64,000 nt of DNA from Chrysomallon squamiferum (Eukaryota > Animalia > Mollusca): positions 3,286,001 through 3,350,000 of the forward strand of contig CM022670.1 of assembly GCA_012295275.1 (NCBI GenBank), given 5' to 3'. The position numbers and the translations under genes are program-made. The notes below the pieces were generated by a model. That model searched no databases, had not been told where the DNA came from, and was given only the letters and a program-made list of their open reading frames with translations. Below, piece by piece: positions 41,101-54,300 of the stretch (its first letter is position 1; each line of letters begins with the position of its first letter).

Positions 41101-44100
41101 TGATATAAAATTTGTTCCCTTTGACTTTGAGAATTATAGTTAAGCTTCTAATTTTTCAAGATCCAGCCATTTCTTGCCTGTTGGCAAATCACATATAAAG
41201 GTTTGGTAAGACTGACCTATAATTAATAACCAGTAATATTTATTAATATTAAAATTTGTTGTTAAAAGCCTTTCACAGAATAACCAGAAATACATTTTAT
41301 TTTCTCTCTCTCTTTTCAGGCTATCTTACAGCACATCCAAAGTATGGGACAGTGTTTAAAAACCTTGGTGAGTACTGCAGTATTGTTAAAGTCCTTTAAT
41401 GGTATCCAGTTTAACACAACATTTTTTTTAGCATTTTTAATATTTTATTCATTTGTAATTTATTTATATATTTATTAAATTCCCTGACTACGGGATGGTA
41501 CATAATAAACATTTGTTGCTGCTAATCATTGTAGTTTCGTAGCAGCAGGTTTTGTCAGTCTTCTAATGTGTAAAAAAAAATCATTTGTTAGATACCTAGT
41601 AATTGTTGATATTCAAATGTGTTTAATAAGCAAATATTTATTATTACTTTCTTAATAATTATTTAAAAGTGAAAAAATAAAATTCAGTAGAATACAAGAT
41701 ACCATAGCTTGAAAGATAAACAAGATTTATAAAATTGAATTACATTTTTTATTTTTATTTTGCTTTAACAGCGGCCATGTTTGTTGGATACCTAGCTGGC
41801 AAACTGTCTTATCAAAACACCTGTCGCCAGAAGATTCTCACTAAAATTCCTAACAGTCGACTTGCTCATGCTGTGATGGGAAAACAAGAAACTGCTGAAC
41901 TGATAATGACGACAGGAGAGTGAGGATTTTTAAAAAGTTTATTTAGTTATTCACTAATGTTTTAAATAACAGTTTCTCTTAATTAGTAAAAATCAAAATT
42001 GAAGTTAACAAATTTTAAGTAGGGAATAAATTTTAAACAAAAACAGGAATTTAAAAAATGTATAAATAATGTAAGAAGTTCTATATACTATTAAAAATTA
42101 CTTTAATACTTTCTTCAGAAGTGAGTTTTAAACTATATCAGTTTTTTTGTGTTTTTCAAAAACTAAAAACAAGTAATTTTCATGGCAATATTCAAAGCAA
42201 TACTAAGTTACGAAGAACATTATTAATTATAAAAAATGTATTAAACATTTTAAAGTCTCTTAATATAGTTTAAAATAGGTTTTACATTTTCAGTTAATTT
42301 ATGCTTTTATGTGGTGAAAACCAAAAAGCCATAACTTTAGCTGTTTCTAATACAATGATACTTGATGACCTGTCTGTCTTTCAATTCAAATGTGGGAGGG
42401 CTGATTATATAAATGTTATAGGGTGTGGTCTGAGGTAGGATTGGACACAGGATCAGTCCTCATTGATGCTTCAACTAGGATATCAATGATAACCCAGTCA
42501 TAATTGTTCAGCATGTAAAATGTATAGTTACTGGTTGCCTAAACATTTTTAAGGAGAGAGCATTTTCTTTATCATGCCTCTAATCTTAACCATTTTTCTT
42601 TATTTATTTTTTTCATGTATGTGTAGACCAGAGGTGTCAGGAATTGTCTCAAACCCTGTTCGAGAGTTTACTCTAGAAATAGACACAAATCGATCCTCCA
42701 GTGAGCTTTCAAAGGAGCTGGATGACAACTTCAGACCAACAGTGGACAGAGAAAGTAAGTTTCACACAACTAAATGACAGGTACAGAAAAAGCTTGAAAA
42801 ACAATTTCTTTTTATTTAAATTTTTGTTTGTTTTTGTATATTATTATATTTAGGTTAATTTTATATATATATATTTATATATATGTTGCTCTGAACGTTT
42901 TGCATAAAACATCTCTTGTGTAAATGTTTGTGTCAGTTTTTATTTATATGGTTTAAAATAAATGTACAATGAAGTCTAGACTGCTCACAGTATGTCCCAT
43001 TTCAGAATGTTTGACTTGTAATAGGCTGTATCTTAAAGATAATGCTAACAGTATTGGTCTGAGTTTCAGTTCTTTGTGTGCCTTTCTAGCCAGTACTACA
43101 CAGCTGATGTATGAAAGAATTAATGCTCAAGTATCTTTAGTAAGGTTGCAGTTACTTCTTATGTCGTTATCACTGGCCTCTTTAGTGAATTCTTTGTCTC
43201 AGTTTTGACTTCCTCTGTTCTTGTAGTGACTATTTGTAGTATAACGTATGTTGTTATCATTGGTATCTTTAGTAAATCCTTAGTTCTTTATTGACTATCT
43301 ATATTATAATGCGTGTTGTTATCATCAGTATCTTTAGTTAATTCTTTGTCCCAATTTTGACTTCCTCTGTTCCTCTTATCTCTAGTATGTTGTTATCACT
43401 GGTCTCAGTTTGTTGACTGATGGTTTATATATATCTGTAGTGAAAGTTGATGATCACAGAATATGCTTTCTTATTACGAAAAAATTAATTAAAAGATGTT
43501 GCTGTTCATAAAAGTAGCTAGTGCAGTGGTATCAGCACACTTTGTACATTAAGCATCACAGCAAAACCTTATCTAAAAGCTATTTAATACTGTTGTTTGA
43601 ATCTTTTGAGTTGTTCTTATACCATTATTGATCATTCCTTTCATAAACATTAAACAAATGAAATACAAGAAACAATTTGTTGACATCTTTAACCCCTTGT
43701 AATCAGAATAATGATAATTTTTGTATTTGCAGAGAATTTTTTTTTTTTTTAACCACAAGTATTGGAAAGACCTCCTGATAAGAACCAGAACCAGTATTCC
43801 TTATTATTTTATACATTTCAGTAAGAAAAAGGCCCAGTGATGAAGGTGATGAATCATTCAGATTCACATCGTACGACGAGCTAAGACGCCGCAATAGAAT
43901 GGAGTATGAGAAGAAGGCGCCTGTACTAGAGAGACAACCTGGACCACTGGACAATGCGCCAACAAGACGAACTTCACGCCAGCCAGGGTGGTCAGGAGGT
44001 GACACTGCACAGCCTCCTAAAATAGGTTTGTTTTCCCACGTGTTTATATTTTATTATATAATTTTTACATGTCTTCAACTGTTTCATAAATAAACAGAAA

Positions 44101-44617
44101 TTGAAATACTAATCCACACTGTGCAGTTGAACTATGGAAACATATCACATATTAGTTAATTTTTTTGGTTTTACAAATAATCTTTAGTTAAAAATAGTAT
44201 CGAATATCTTTTTCCTAGGATTATCATCTATTCTCATTTCTTAAATTTCTGAGGAATAAATGTATACATTGATATGCCAGCAATATTTTAAAATTAATTC
44301 TCAGTGGAAAAGCATTTATTGTGCTTATTGTAGGTCTTGCTTTCTTAAAGTAAGTTATATTTTGTTTTTAGCATCACTAAAAGATATTTGCTAAGTTAAT
44401 CTTTTTTTTTTTTAACTTGATAATTCTTGGTAGTTAAGTTCAGTGATTGCTGTATATGCAGTAAGAATAGATTAGGATAGTTACACCTTCTTAAGAGTAT
44501 CATTGAAGTTGTATCTTCCTTAAAGAAACTTTTTATTAGTAACAATGTGTTCTATAATTTTATTTTGACTTTTCAGAGAGAAAGAAAAACGTATATGGTG
44601 ATGAATGGGATGAGTGA
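38120..44617 (+). CDS. OCIAD1: OCIA domain-containing protein 1 (asrij-like), complete, 8 coding exons, 254 aa
   Basis: Exons 38120-38191, 39449-39518, 40455-40508, 41320-41367, 41772-41919, 42627-42754, 43822-44025, 44577-44617. All introns are GT-AG, phases are consistent, total 765 nt. Motifs LTEDEIRVLKECNFESLWFRCVP, HPKYG, GYLAGKLSYQNTC, TSYDELRRRNR and C-terminal KNVYGDEWDE* match the OCIAD1 family. Exon 1 is the least certain. Confidence 0.93.
40625..41100 (+). mobile_element. 476-bp MITE-like deletion derivative of the same Sola2-like family, in OCIAD1 intron 3
   Basis: Termini GGGTCATTCCATGTCAAATCAC...GTGATTTGACACAGAATGACCC. 4-bp TSD TGAT (40621-40624 and 41101-41104). About 86 bp of left end is joined to ~390 bp that aligns with 54137-54537. 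Confidence 0.88.
43130..43420. repeat. Degenerate tandem repeat in OCIAD1 intron 6
   Basis: Recurrent TATGTTGTTATCA(C/T)TGGTATCTTTAGT and AATTCTTTGTC.CA.TTTTGACTTCCTCTGTTC blocks. Confidence 0.75.
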
Positions 44618-47046
44618 AATAGCTACTAGATTTCTCCCGGTACTTACTAGCAGTTGTGATTGTGTGTATCTGAAAACACAATGACTACGTATCAATTGTG
44701 AAGACTGCATTTTGTATACAATGTCATGAACATATATAAAAATAACAAAGACTGTAAGAACTAAAATTAATTTACCTCTTAGAACATGGATGTTTTTGGA
44801 TTTGTTTTATTATTGTACTCCTTTTTTTGTTTAATTGATTCATCAACTTATAAATTTGTAAATGGTCAGGTACGTTTGGTATTATATGTTACTTGTTAGG
44901 GAGAGTAATAATAATTAATATTTGTGTGAATATATATAATTATAGCATGTTTTGCTAATTCATAACAGAATTTGACTAGTTTGAAAGTTACTGTTACGGT
45001 CATGACAGATTTCAACTAGCACAACAAATTATTTAAAAAGTGAGATTGTCAAATCTTTTGATAAATGTAAAAGTACTGGCATTGGCAGTGAAAGGGGCCT
45101 TGGTATATATCCTCTTATGAGGAATTATTTGCCTGTGTATATGCATCTATATCTTAAGCAGTGGACATATAATGGTGCTTCATGTTCTCAGAATTTCCAG
45201 TATATTTTGTTTTCATTCAAATAGTGCTTGTATTCTAGAGATTAAAACACACAAAATGTCAAAGTTAATTGTATTTTTGTGTATGCTGTTAATGTGTGCA
45301 CACTAGAGAATCCAACCACTGACCAAATTTTCAGAAACTTTTTTTTTTTTTAAATAAAAACTAACACTGAATAGAACACGTTTAAATTGAAAGTATCATC
45401 ATTGTTCATTGTAACTGCATGTGGTTTACACATTAAAAGACATATATAACAATGATTTTGTGTTATTGGTTTTCCTTAGGTTTTTTCTTTTTAACTGGAC
45501 ATATAAATGGATGACCAGTCAGTCAGAATTTGCTGGTTTGCTGCTGAGAATAACTCAGTAATAACAGAAATTATGTTGTCATATTTGAAATTAGTATTGA
45601 CCGTTTTGTATGAATTTAAATAAAAATTAAATAAAGACCACTGTATGTAATGAAGGCACTGGATATTTAAAACTGTGTGTTATTTACTTTATGGAATAAG
45701 TAACTGGAAATATTTTGTAATTGGGTTTTTTGTGTTAACTCAGATGAAGACAAATAAAAAAACATTTTGTTTAATGTTTGTTAGTTGTTTTTGTTCTCAT
45801 TCTTTCACTTTTATTCACTGGCATAATAAAAATTCTCATGTTTACTTCACATATCTGATATCTCATATGAATAAAGATGTTAAGATTATAAAATAAATAC
45901 TTGTTCAGTCAGATGTTTTGGAGCATCACAGTCACAGAGAAAGAATGGAATGATTGGATTTTTTTTTTTTTTAAATCTTGATGTATGCCAGATGTTGAAT
46001 TATTTAATAAAATACCTGGTGTTATATGAGGGTCACAAATGAATTCTAAATTAATGCCAACAATTTGGGTTAAAATATATGGAAACACTCCAACCCAGAA
46101 AGATACGTGATTATATCTGAATATTACAGATCATACAGCTGTAATCGGACATTGGGTAAGAAACTGAAACACCTTTTATAGCTTTAACAGTAATGAATTA
46201 TTTGACTACCTGTTTTTCTTCTATGTATGGGAAAATATTTAAAGATTTCTTGGGAGTGGTGGCAACAGGTTTGTTTTTAATCTCATTATTATAAAAGTTT
46301 GACACTACATGAACGTTCAGATCTTTGATTTGTTTATTCATTCTCAAAATCTGTAACATTTAAAAGTTATTTCTGAAGAATAATAAGTACACATTTTCTT
46401 TTTCCCTTGTGTAGCATGTGTTTACAAATAATAGCAAAATATAAATTTAAACATGCTGTTACATTAGGTAATCCAAAAAATTATGACAATATATTTTATG
46501 AAATTAAATGCATTATTACAAATATTTATCAGTAATATTATGTAATATTTTTATTATTATTTTGTTTTGACAGCCTGCATTAAGCAGTAACAATTTAAAG
46601 AAAATGATTTTTATTTAACATTTTTATCTTCCTCACCTATATATATATATAGTTTTTTTTTTTTTTTTTTTTTTTGCTTAAATAATTAGTAGAGATATCT
46701 TTGTATACACTGTCAATACTTCCATATTAAAGGTTACCTTGATTTGTTTTTACCTTTAGGAAATTATTATTTTAAAATTAGCCATATGCATACACTGCAG
46801 CTAATTCATATTACAAAATGTAACAGAATATTTCAAGTTGAGCAACTCTGGTCAGTTTTTCAAGCTATCATTCTGTATCTGTAAACAGAACTGGGTCTCA
46901 TCCTTCCAAGCTTTTCATTATATTTTCTTGTACTGTGCCACCACTCAAATTCAAGCACCAGAATTTTTTTTTTTTTTTTTTAAATATTGTATCATACTGT
47001 TAAAATAATACTTTTAGCTGTTTCTTTCAAATTCACACACACCCAT

Positions 47047-50000
47047 TCAAGGCATTGTTGGTCCACCTCCATGATAATTTCCTGTGACTGTTGCATTACC
47101 AAAATCAAATCCTGGATTCTGAAAGTATTAAAAAGGGATTACATTAAGAAAACTTGGTATGAACATCTCCCTCCCTCCCATTCCAAATACACTATCCAAT
47201 ATATGTAATAATAGCCATGCATATAAACATACCTATATATATTTTAACTCTTATGCATATATATGAACAAAAAATTGATGTGAATATTCATTAAGAACAT
47301 AATAGTACCTTTTTGGACAATAATAAATAAAATTTCAAAACACAGGCTATTACTTAAATCATTTAAGTTCACATAAACTGCATAAATGGATGACCCTAAG
47401 TGTCTTATTGGGGAAACAACTGTTCCTGTTGTTTTTGTGGTTTTTCATAAATCAATACTTATAGACACTGTTAGCAGAACACATGTAAACTTATTCTATT
47501 TATATCTCATGTTTACTCACTCTGTCACACACTCTGTCACACAATCACACACACTCCCTCTCTTTTTTTCTCTTTCCCTCTCACAGAGTACAGATAGTTC
47601 ATTAAATACATGTTCAGTTCATGAACAGAAAGAAATTATTTATATCTGTAATATTTGATACAAAAAGTTTTTATTAAAAATTATCTTCATTGACAAATAC
47701 TCATCTGAATCAGGGATAAATATTATAATAATTGGAAAATATTTCTTCAAATTAATATTTAAAAAAAAAAAAAAAAAATATATTAAATTGTATCAATTAA
47801 GAAAGTAAATTTATATTTTGTACATAAATACAGCAATGATTTTTCAAGCCTTCAATACAAATTAAGCTTTAATTTTCTAATGCATCCCATACACACCAAC
47901 ACCAATTATAAAAGAAAATACTTTTAAAATTTTTTAAAAAAGATATGTCATAGAAACTTATTAACAAATTATTTTGATTTAAATTAATGAATTAGTGATG
48001 TTAACACAAAATCTGTTAATTAATCAAACTACAGTTTCATTAAAATATATTAATTATATGTTAATATGTTCCTTGCAAACTGCTAATTGTAAATTCACGT
48101 CTTTTCTCTTGATTCTTATCAGTTCAGTGTTTTCTAAGTCTAATAATTATTATCATCACTTTTATTTATGCACTTACTTACTTCATGGATGACACAATAT
48201 TTTCCTTTTCATTAAAATAATATAAATAAAATAAAATGAATATATAAATAAATAATAATAACAATAATGATACAACTAAATGTCTCATAAGAGTCATAAA
48301 ATTTCATTTTTTTTGAAAAAATCCATTAGTTATGAAAACTGATGATTTAAAATTTTTAAAAAAAGGATCCAAAGGATGAAGTTGCCATGGAAACCTTCTT
48401 GTTTCTTCAAATTATTGTTTCATTATAATAAAAGATCCAGTGGCTGACCACATAGAAGTGTCTTCATTATTTCATTATTACAGATCCAAACCTCGATTAA
48501 CTATTTCATCACAAGGTAATCCCTTCTCCCTATTGAATAAAACATCAAGAAAAATCAATTTCAACTGCTGTGTTTTAAAATATACCAACCAGGAGAATTT
48601 CATTTAGATTAATTAACCCATTTGATGACAAATCATAATTTTACTTTTTTTGTACTTAGTTTTTGTATGATGTGGGATTTTTTTTTTTTTTTTTAGTTTG
48701 TTTTGTGAGATGTTTTTACTACTCAAGGTAATACTAATTTTATTTTCACCAACAAGACTATAAACAGTAATGAAATATACTAATGTATATTAATTTAAGT
48801 TTAATTAATTTAGTAATTTATTGATTAAGTCTGTTAAATTTTATTATTATTATTAAAGGGGGAAGAAAAATAATATATGTCACGAATCATGGATTATTTA
48901 TTAATACCTCCATTTATTTTATATTTTTATATTTTTGTTTAACACATATATTGGTTACCAATAAGTTCTAGATTATAGCTGTTTTTTATGTGTCAGAAAA
49001 TCTGTCCACTTTGTAATGTATATATTAATAATAATAATTAATGTTTCAAAAAAAGTTCTAAATTTGACATAATAAGATGTTGTCACTTGGTATTTTTATT
49101 GGATTTTTTTAATGATTTTTTTCAATTTTATGCCCATTTGATATTAAAAATTCTTAAAACAAACAACAAAATGGGACTGAAATCTTTCTAAAATCTTAAT
49201 GATTTCAAAATTTAAGATGAAATAACTTAAAACTATAAACAAATTCTGAAAATAATTCAAGTTAAGAAAATGAAACAATAAAACAATGTATATGAATGAA
49301 ATATTTATGAATTCAAAAATGCTGAAAATAAACAATATGTTAAACAAGAATTTGAGAATTTTGGGGTTATAATTTTAACTACTATATATATCTATTAAAA
49401 AAGTAGGTATAGTTTATTACCTCTCGTTGAAAACGTTCCAGTGTTAATTTTTTCTCCATTTCATCAAATGTCAATGGATCAGCTATATATTTATCAACTA
49501 ACAAAGACTTCCAACATCGGTCAGGAGAGCTATGAGCCTTTGAAAGCACAATTCTTATCAACTTTTTGTCCTCTGAAAATTCAACATAAAAACATTTACA
49601 CACAGGTGATTTAGAAGAATTTAATAAATTAAATCAATAAAATAAAAATAAAAAATAAAAAAATAATTTAGAAAAAGGTAAAAACATATGATGCAATAAG
49701 TATTATCAATTTTATAAAATAAGATTGTAACTAAATATATATTAATTCCATAAGTGTAAAATGAAAATGAAAAAGAAAAAAACAAAAAAGAAAGTATTTT
49801 ACCTAATGTCCATAATGAATCATCTGAATGTATTTCTTCATAAAGATCACCCTTATAAAATGAAATAACAAGTTTGAATGACATACTTTAATAAGCTAAC
49901 GTCAAGAGATGAAAAGATAATTTGTTCACTAAGCAATAAGCTTATACTTATTAAATGTGACATTTTTAGAACGCAACTGAATAAAGGATCGTTGATAATA

Positions 50001-50361
50001 TGTAATAAAGAGAGAGAAAAAATTAAAGAAATGAACAATCATTTATTAGGAAAATCAAATGTTATTAAATTTCAAATCATATTTTCTCAAAAATAAAAAT
50101 AATTTTTGAACGATTTGACTCATATTTATCAGTGTTTTAATTAGCTTATATTTAGTATTTAAATGTAATTACGTCTATCATTGTCGTTCCTTTAACAGTG
50201 ACAGAAATATGTTTAGTCTTTGTGATACATTTGATTTCCTTTGACGAACAACCTTCGGGTACATCGATTTCAATATGAACTTCTTCCACTGTTTGCCACC
50301 ATCGTCCCCAATCAGTTTTGCAAGCAGCAATACCGCTTTTTTCATCAAATGCCATATCCAT
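47047..50361 (-). CDS. NUDCD2: NudC domain-containing protein 2, complete, 4 coding exons, ~153 aa
   Basis: Exons 50361-50173, 49851-49803, 49572-49421, 47118-47047. GT-AG introns, frame-consistent, 462 nt. Protein contains MAFDEKSGIAACKTDWGRWWQTVEEVHIE, GDLYEEIHSDDSLWTLEDKKLIRIVL, CWKSLL and KLTLERFQRENPGFDFGNATVTGNYHGGGPTMP*. Alternative start ATG at 50355. Confidence 0.95.
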
Positions 50362-51345
50362 GTTCTGTTTCACATTCAGCCATTAAATAGTCTCGATAAT
50401 ATCTCTTTGTCAGATATCAAATAATTTTAGAATAGCATAGCCTCGATGATCATGATATAATTTCACTTTTGGCAATTATGCAACTTGATGAAAACATTTT
50501 AAAATATTAATTACTTTGCAGTTAATTTGAACTTTTTGTATTCTATCGAACACATTTGTTTGGTATATTAAAAACATTCTTCAGTGTATTAATTGTTTAC
50601 GATGTAAATAATATTTATGTTACGACTTAATAATTCACTTTACGATTCCGCATGGTTGCTATTTCGAAGTTATCTATTATTTTTTCATCATAATTATTGC
50701 TTTGCTATGTTCTAAACATAATTTGCAGAATTCATGACACGGTGATTGCTTGCAGACGGAAGACTTTTTATACCCTATTTTTAGCTGGTAAAACAAATAT
50801 TTCAGATAAAAATTTTACATTCTTAAATATTAAGATAAAGGTTTTGTCAAGTTTTGAACAGATGTTTTTGTCCAGCTTTTTTTTTCTTCTTTAAAATGTT
50901 TATATATATATATATAAAACAACTAGACACTTCGAATTATAACTGGTCAAATTTAATAAACACAACGTGAAAGGCCAATTGCGAATTAGTCTTGGTTGCA
51001 CAACTATAACATGAAAGATCAGTCTGAGTAGACTAGATTGCACAACTTGAAATTAAAGGCCAGCTCAGCAGCTGCTTGTTAGTGAAAATGAGACACAATA
51101 ACTTGACACTAAGGTGGAACACATACAAACCTAGAACTTAAATTATTGTTGGATAATTTCATTGTCTAAGCTTGGTTATAGTAACTTATACACAGCCCTA
51201 CAAATTGTGTCTGGTTCCTTACTACGTCTAGGCGACAGAATTGTGGTAATGACCTTTAACACATTCGTAAGTTAAAACATAAATTACTACACTGGAAAAT
51301 CTTGTAGCTTACCCATTTTGACATTTTTAAATATTTATTTTTCAG
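50362..51345. promoter_or_regulatory. Putative bidirectional promoter / 5' UTR region between NUDCD2 and LARS1
   Basis: Divergent start codons ~1.0 kb apart (50361 on -, 51359 on +). CpG dinucleotides reappear here relative to both flanking gene bodies. A likely LARS1 5'UTR intron lies at 51267-51345 (GTAAGT...TTTTTCAG). Confidence 0.6.
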
Positions 51346-51358
51346 AAAAGAAGTTAAC

Positions 51359-54300
51359 ATGGAGAGAAAAGGTACAGCAAAGTTGTCTGAATTGTTGGAA
51401 ATAGAAAGACAAGTGCAAGAGAGCTGGGATAAACAAAGAATTTTTCAAGAAGATGCTCCACCAAAAGGTTCAAAATCAGCAGAGTGAGTATAAAATTTAT
51501 ATAGTAAATTAATAATTAAAAACTTATCTCTAGAATGTGTGGTAGGGAATATGACATCTGTCTGTTATTCTTCTTCATGTTGTATTTGGCCATTGTGATC
51601 TTTTTCACAGACTGTTAATATTATAAAAATTATTTAGATTGATACTTCTAAAAATTATAAAGAAATTTAAAACATCAGTGATAAGGGTCATTCCGTGTCA
51701 AATCACCCAAAAAAAAAAGAAATTTAAACCCGACCGTCTCAGATTTTTATGAAACTTGGTATACTTGTTGACTGGGATCCCACAGCACCAAATCTGAAAT
51801 GTTAGCTCAATCAGACCAGTGGTGTGGGAGATACGGCCCACCGAATTTTGAGATTTTTGCCCAAAATGGGTGTGACCACCAACCTTAGAACCCTCATATC
51901 TCAGGAACTACTGGGCCAATCTTCATAAAATTGGTATTGTTAGAAAGGCAAAATGACAAGGATACCAAATCTGCCATTTTTGTTTAGTTTGGAAAATATT
52001 GGAGTACCTTGACCTTTTGACCTTTGCTATGACCTTGAAATTGACCGTGTGGATCACGTGATCTTGAGATGACCTTTATTGAAATTTAATCTCCCACATG
52101 TTAACTAAAACATATAAAAGTTTCCTGGGTGTAATATTTTTTGTTTAGCCACAATATAGATTTAAAAAATGCACATACATGAAAATAACACCTTTTCAGC
52201 CATTAACATCTGATTAACTAAAACCTGAATGATCAGTTCTGGATGCTAGGGATCACCTTCTTTCTTGATCATCGAGTAAGACATTGTAGGCCTACATGTA
52301 TGCATAAAGTTCACATATAAAAGTTTCCTGGGTATAATATTTTTTGTTTAGCCATAATAGAGATTTAAATAAATGCATACCTGCATGGATGATTGATACA
52401 ATGCATTACAATGTACATTTTCTCTGAGACTAAAAACTCATCTTTGGAGTTAAAACCCACCTGACATGTCTGAAGGAATGCCTGAAGGATATGAAAAGAT
52501 GCCAAATGGCATGACATGTTCTACACAATCAGGCTGAAAGGGTTAACAGGAAGTGATGCTTCAGGCAGGTCAGGAACTCCTTTAGATCCCCTGGTGCAAT
52601 CCCCATTGAGCACATGGCAATTAGAAGTTTAAGACAAAGAAGTTTCTTCATCTGCATTTCTTTGACAATCTGAAGCTTTTTAAGTTGGACACAGTGTCAG
52701 ATGTTGATATATAAACAATATTTTTATTTCATAAAACCTATTAAGTAATTTTATCATGTCATGTGGGCCTTGCCATTGGTTTTGAACAAGGTTTCAGTCA
52801 ACAACATTACAACCCAGTCTGAAATCAGACGTCATCAAGTGATGTACATAATGTATTTGTACACCCAGTCTTCGGCACAGAGTATGAACAAGGTCTACTT
52901 CACCTTAATAAACTGTGATTTATACTTGAGAAGATTGACATAAATGCCCAAGACTTGTGGGCCTTTGGCAATAACACATGTACTCTGCTGCCATTTTATG
53001 ACCTGCTTAACTTTACTGAAAGGGTTTCAGGATTTGATTTAATATTTAGGAAAGCACTGACTTTGTTCTATTGAATTGAAGGTGCAGGCCAATACTGAAA
53101 ATCCTTATTTCTTCCAGGGCTAACTGCAGCTTTAACTCTCCTGAAAATGTGTGTTATCAACACCATCATATCAAAAAGGAGTTGTTGTGAAGTGTATGGA
53201 AAACTGAGGAAGTCGAACTCCTCACTCTTTGAAGTGGGATCAAAACACAGGACATCAAGAGTATCATGAACAAGAACTTTTCATCAAATTTTCAACATTG
53301 CAGAAAAACTGTTGTGATCCCCTTAATCGCCACCCTGAGCAAGCACGCACTAGATCTTTAAGAATTGTTAGCATGGGCACTTACAAATGCTTAGTATCCT
53401 CCAAAGACACTAGTGCCAGGAGACAAGTTGTGATGTGACTGTCTGATTACCCTTCAGAAATCAAAGGTCCTGCAGAAGATGGCTTTAGTATGGGTGGTAT
53501 TACAATGGGAGAATTTGGTGATAACTTGCCAGACAAACCGCTGGTTGTTGTTTCCCCAGAAAAGGAGTTTGATTTGAATTCTATTCTGTCGTGTTTAGGT
53601 GAAACTCCTGTCAAACTTCATTCTCTAGCACATTCCAGTAAATGAATGAAAGGACAGAAAAAAACTAGCATCAGCTACAGTAACATTAAAATGACATCTT
53701 AATGTCTGAATCCTACCCAGAGCGTGTGCAAATCTTGATTTTGTCACCCTTTAACCATTGAAAGGACAATGAATTGAAGGAGGAAATAATCCAAGTTTAT
53801 GAAAGTGATGAGAACAGTAGAATGTGTCTGGGAATGAAGGATACAGTGAGCATTTGAAACAAACATAGTGAGAAGGTTAAGCATCAGAAACACCTAGTTC
53901 TCTCAAATTTATGTGAACTTTATGCATACATGTAGGCCTACAATGTCTTACTTGATGATCAAGAAAGAAGGTGATCCCTAGCATCCAGAACTGATCATTC
54001 AGGTTTTAGTTAATCAGATGTTAATGGCTGAAAAGGTGTTATTTTCATGTATGTGCATTTTTTAAATCTATATTGTGGCTAAACAAAAAATATTACACCC
54101 AGGAAACTTTTATATGTTTTAGTTAACATGTGGGAGATTAAATTTCAATAAAGGTCATCTCAAGATCACGTGATCCACACGGTCAATTTCAAGGTCATAG
54201 CAAAGGTCAAAAGGTCAAGGTACTCCAATATTTTCCAAACTAAACAAAAATGGCAGATTTGGTATCCTTGTCATTTTGCCTTTCTAACAATACCAATTTT

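Noticed and set aside
52400-53000. Second gene on the minus strand inside the transposon
   Set aside because: Only short Cys-containing fragments interrupted by stops, which cannot be assigned without a family consensus.
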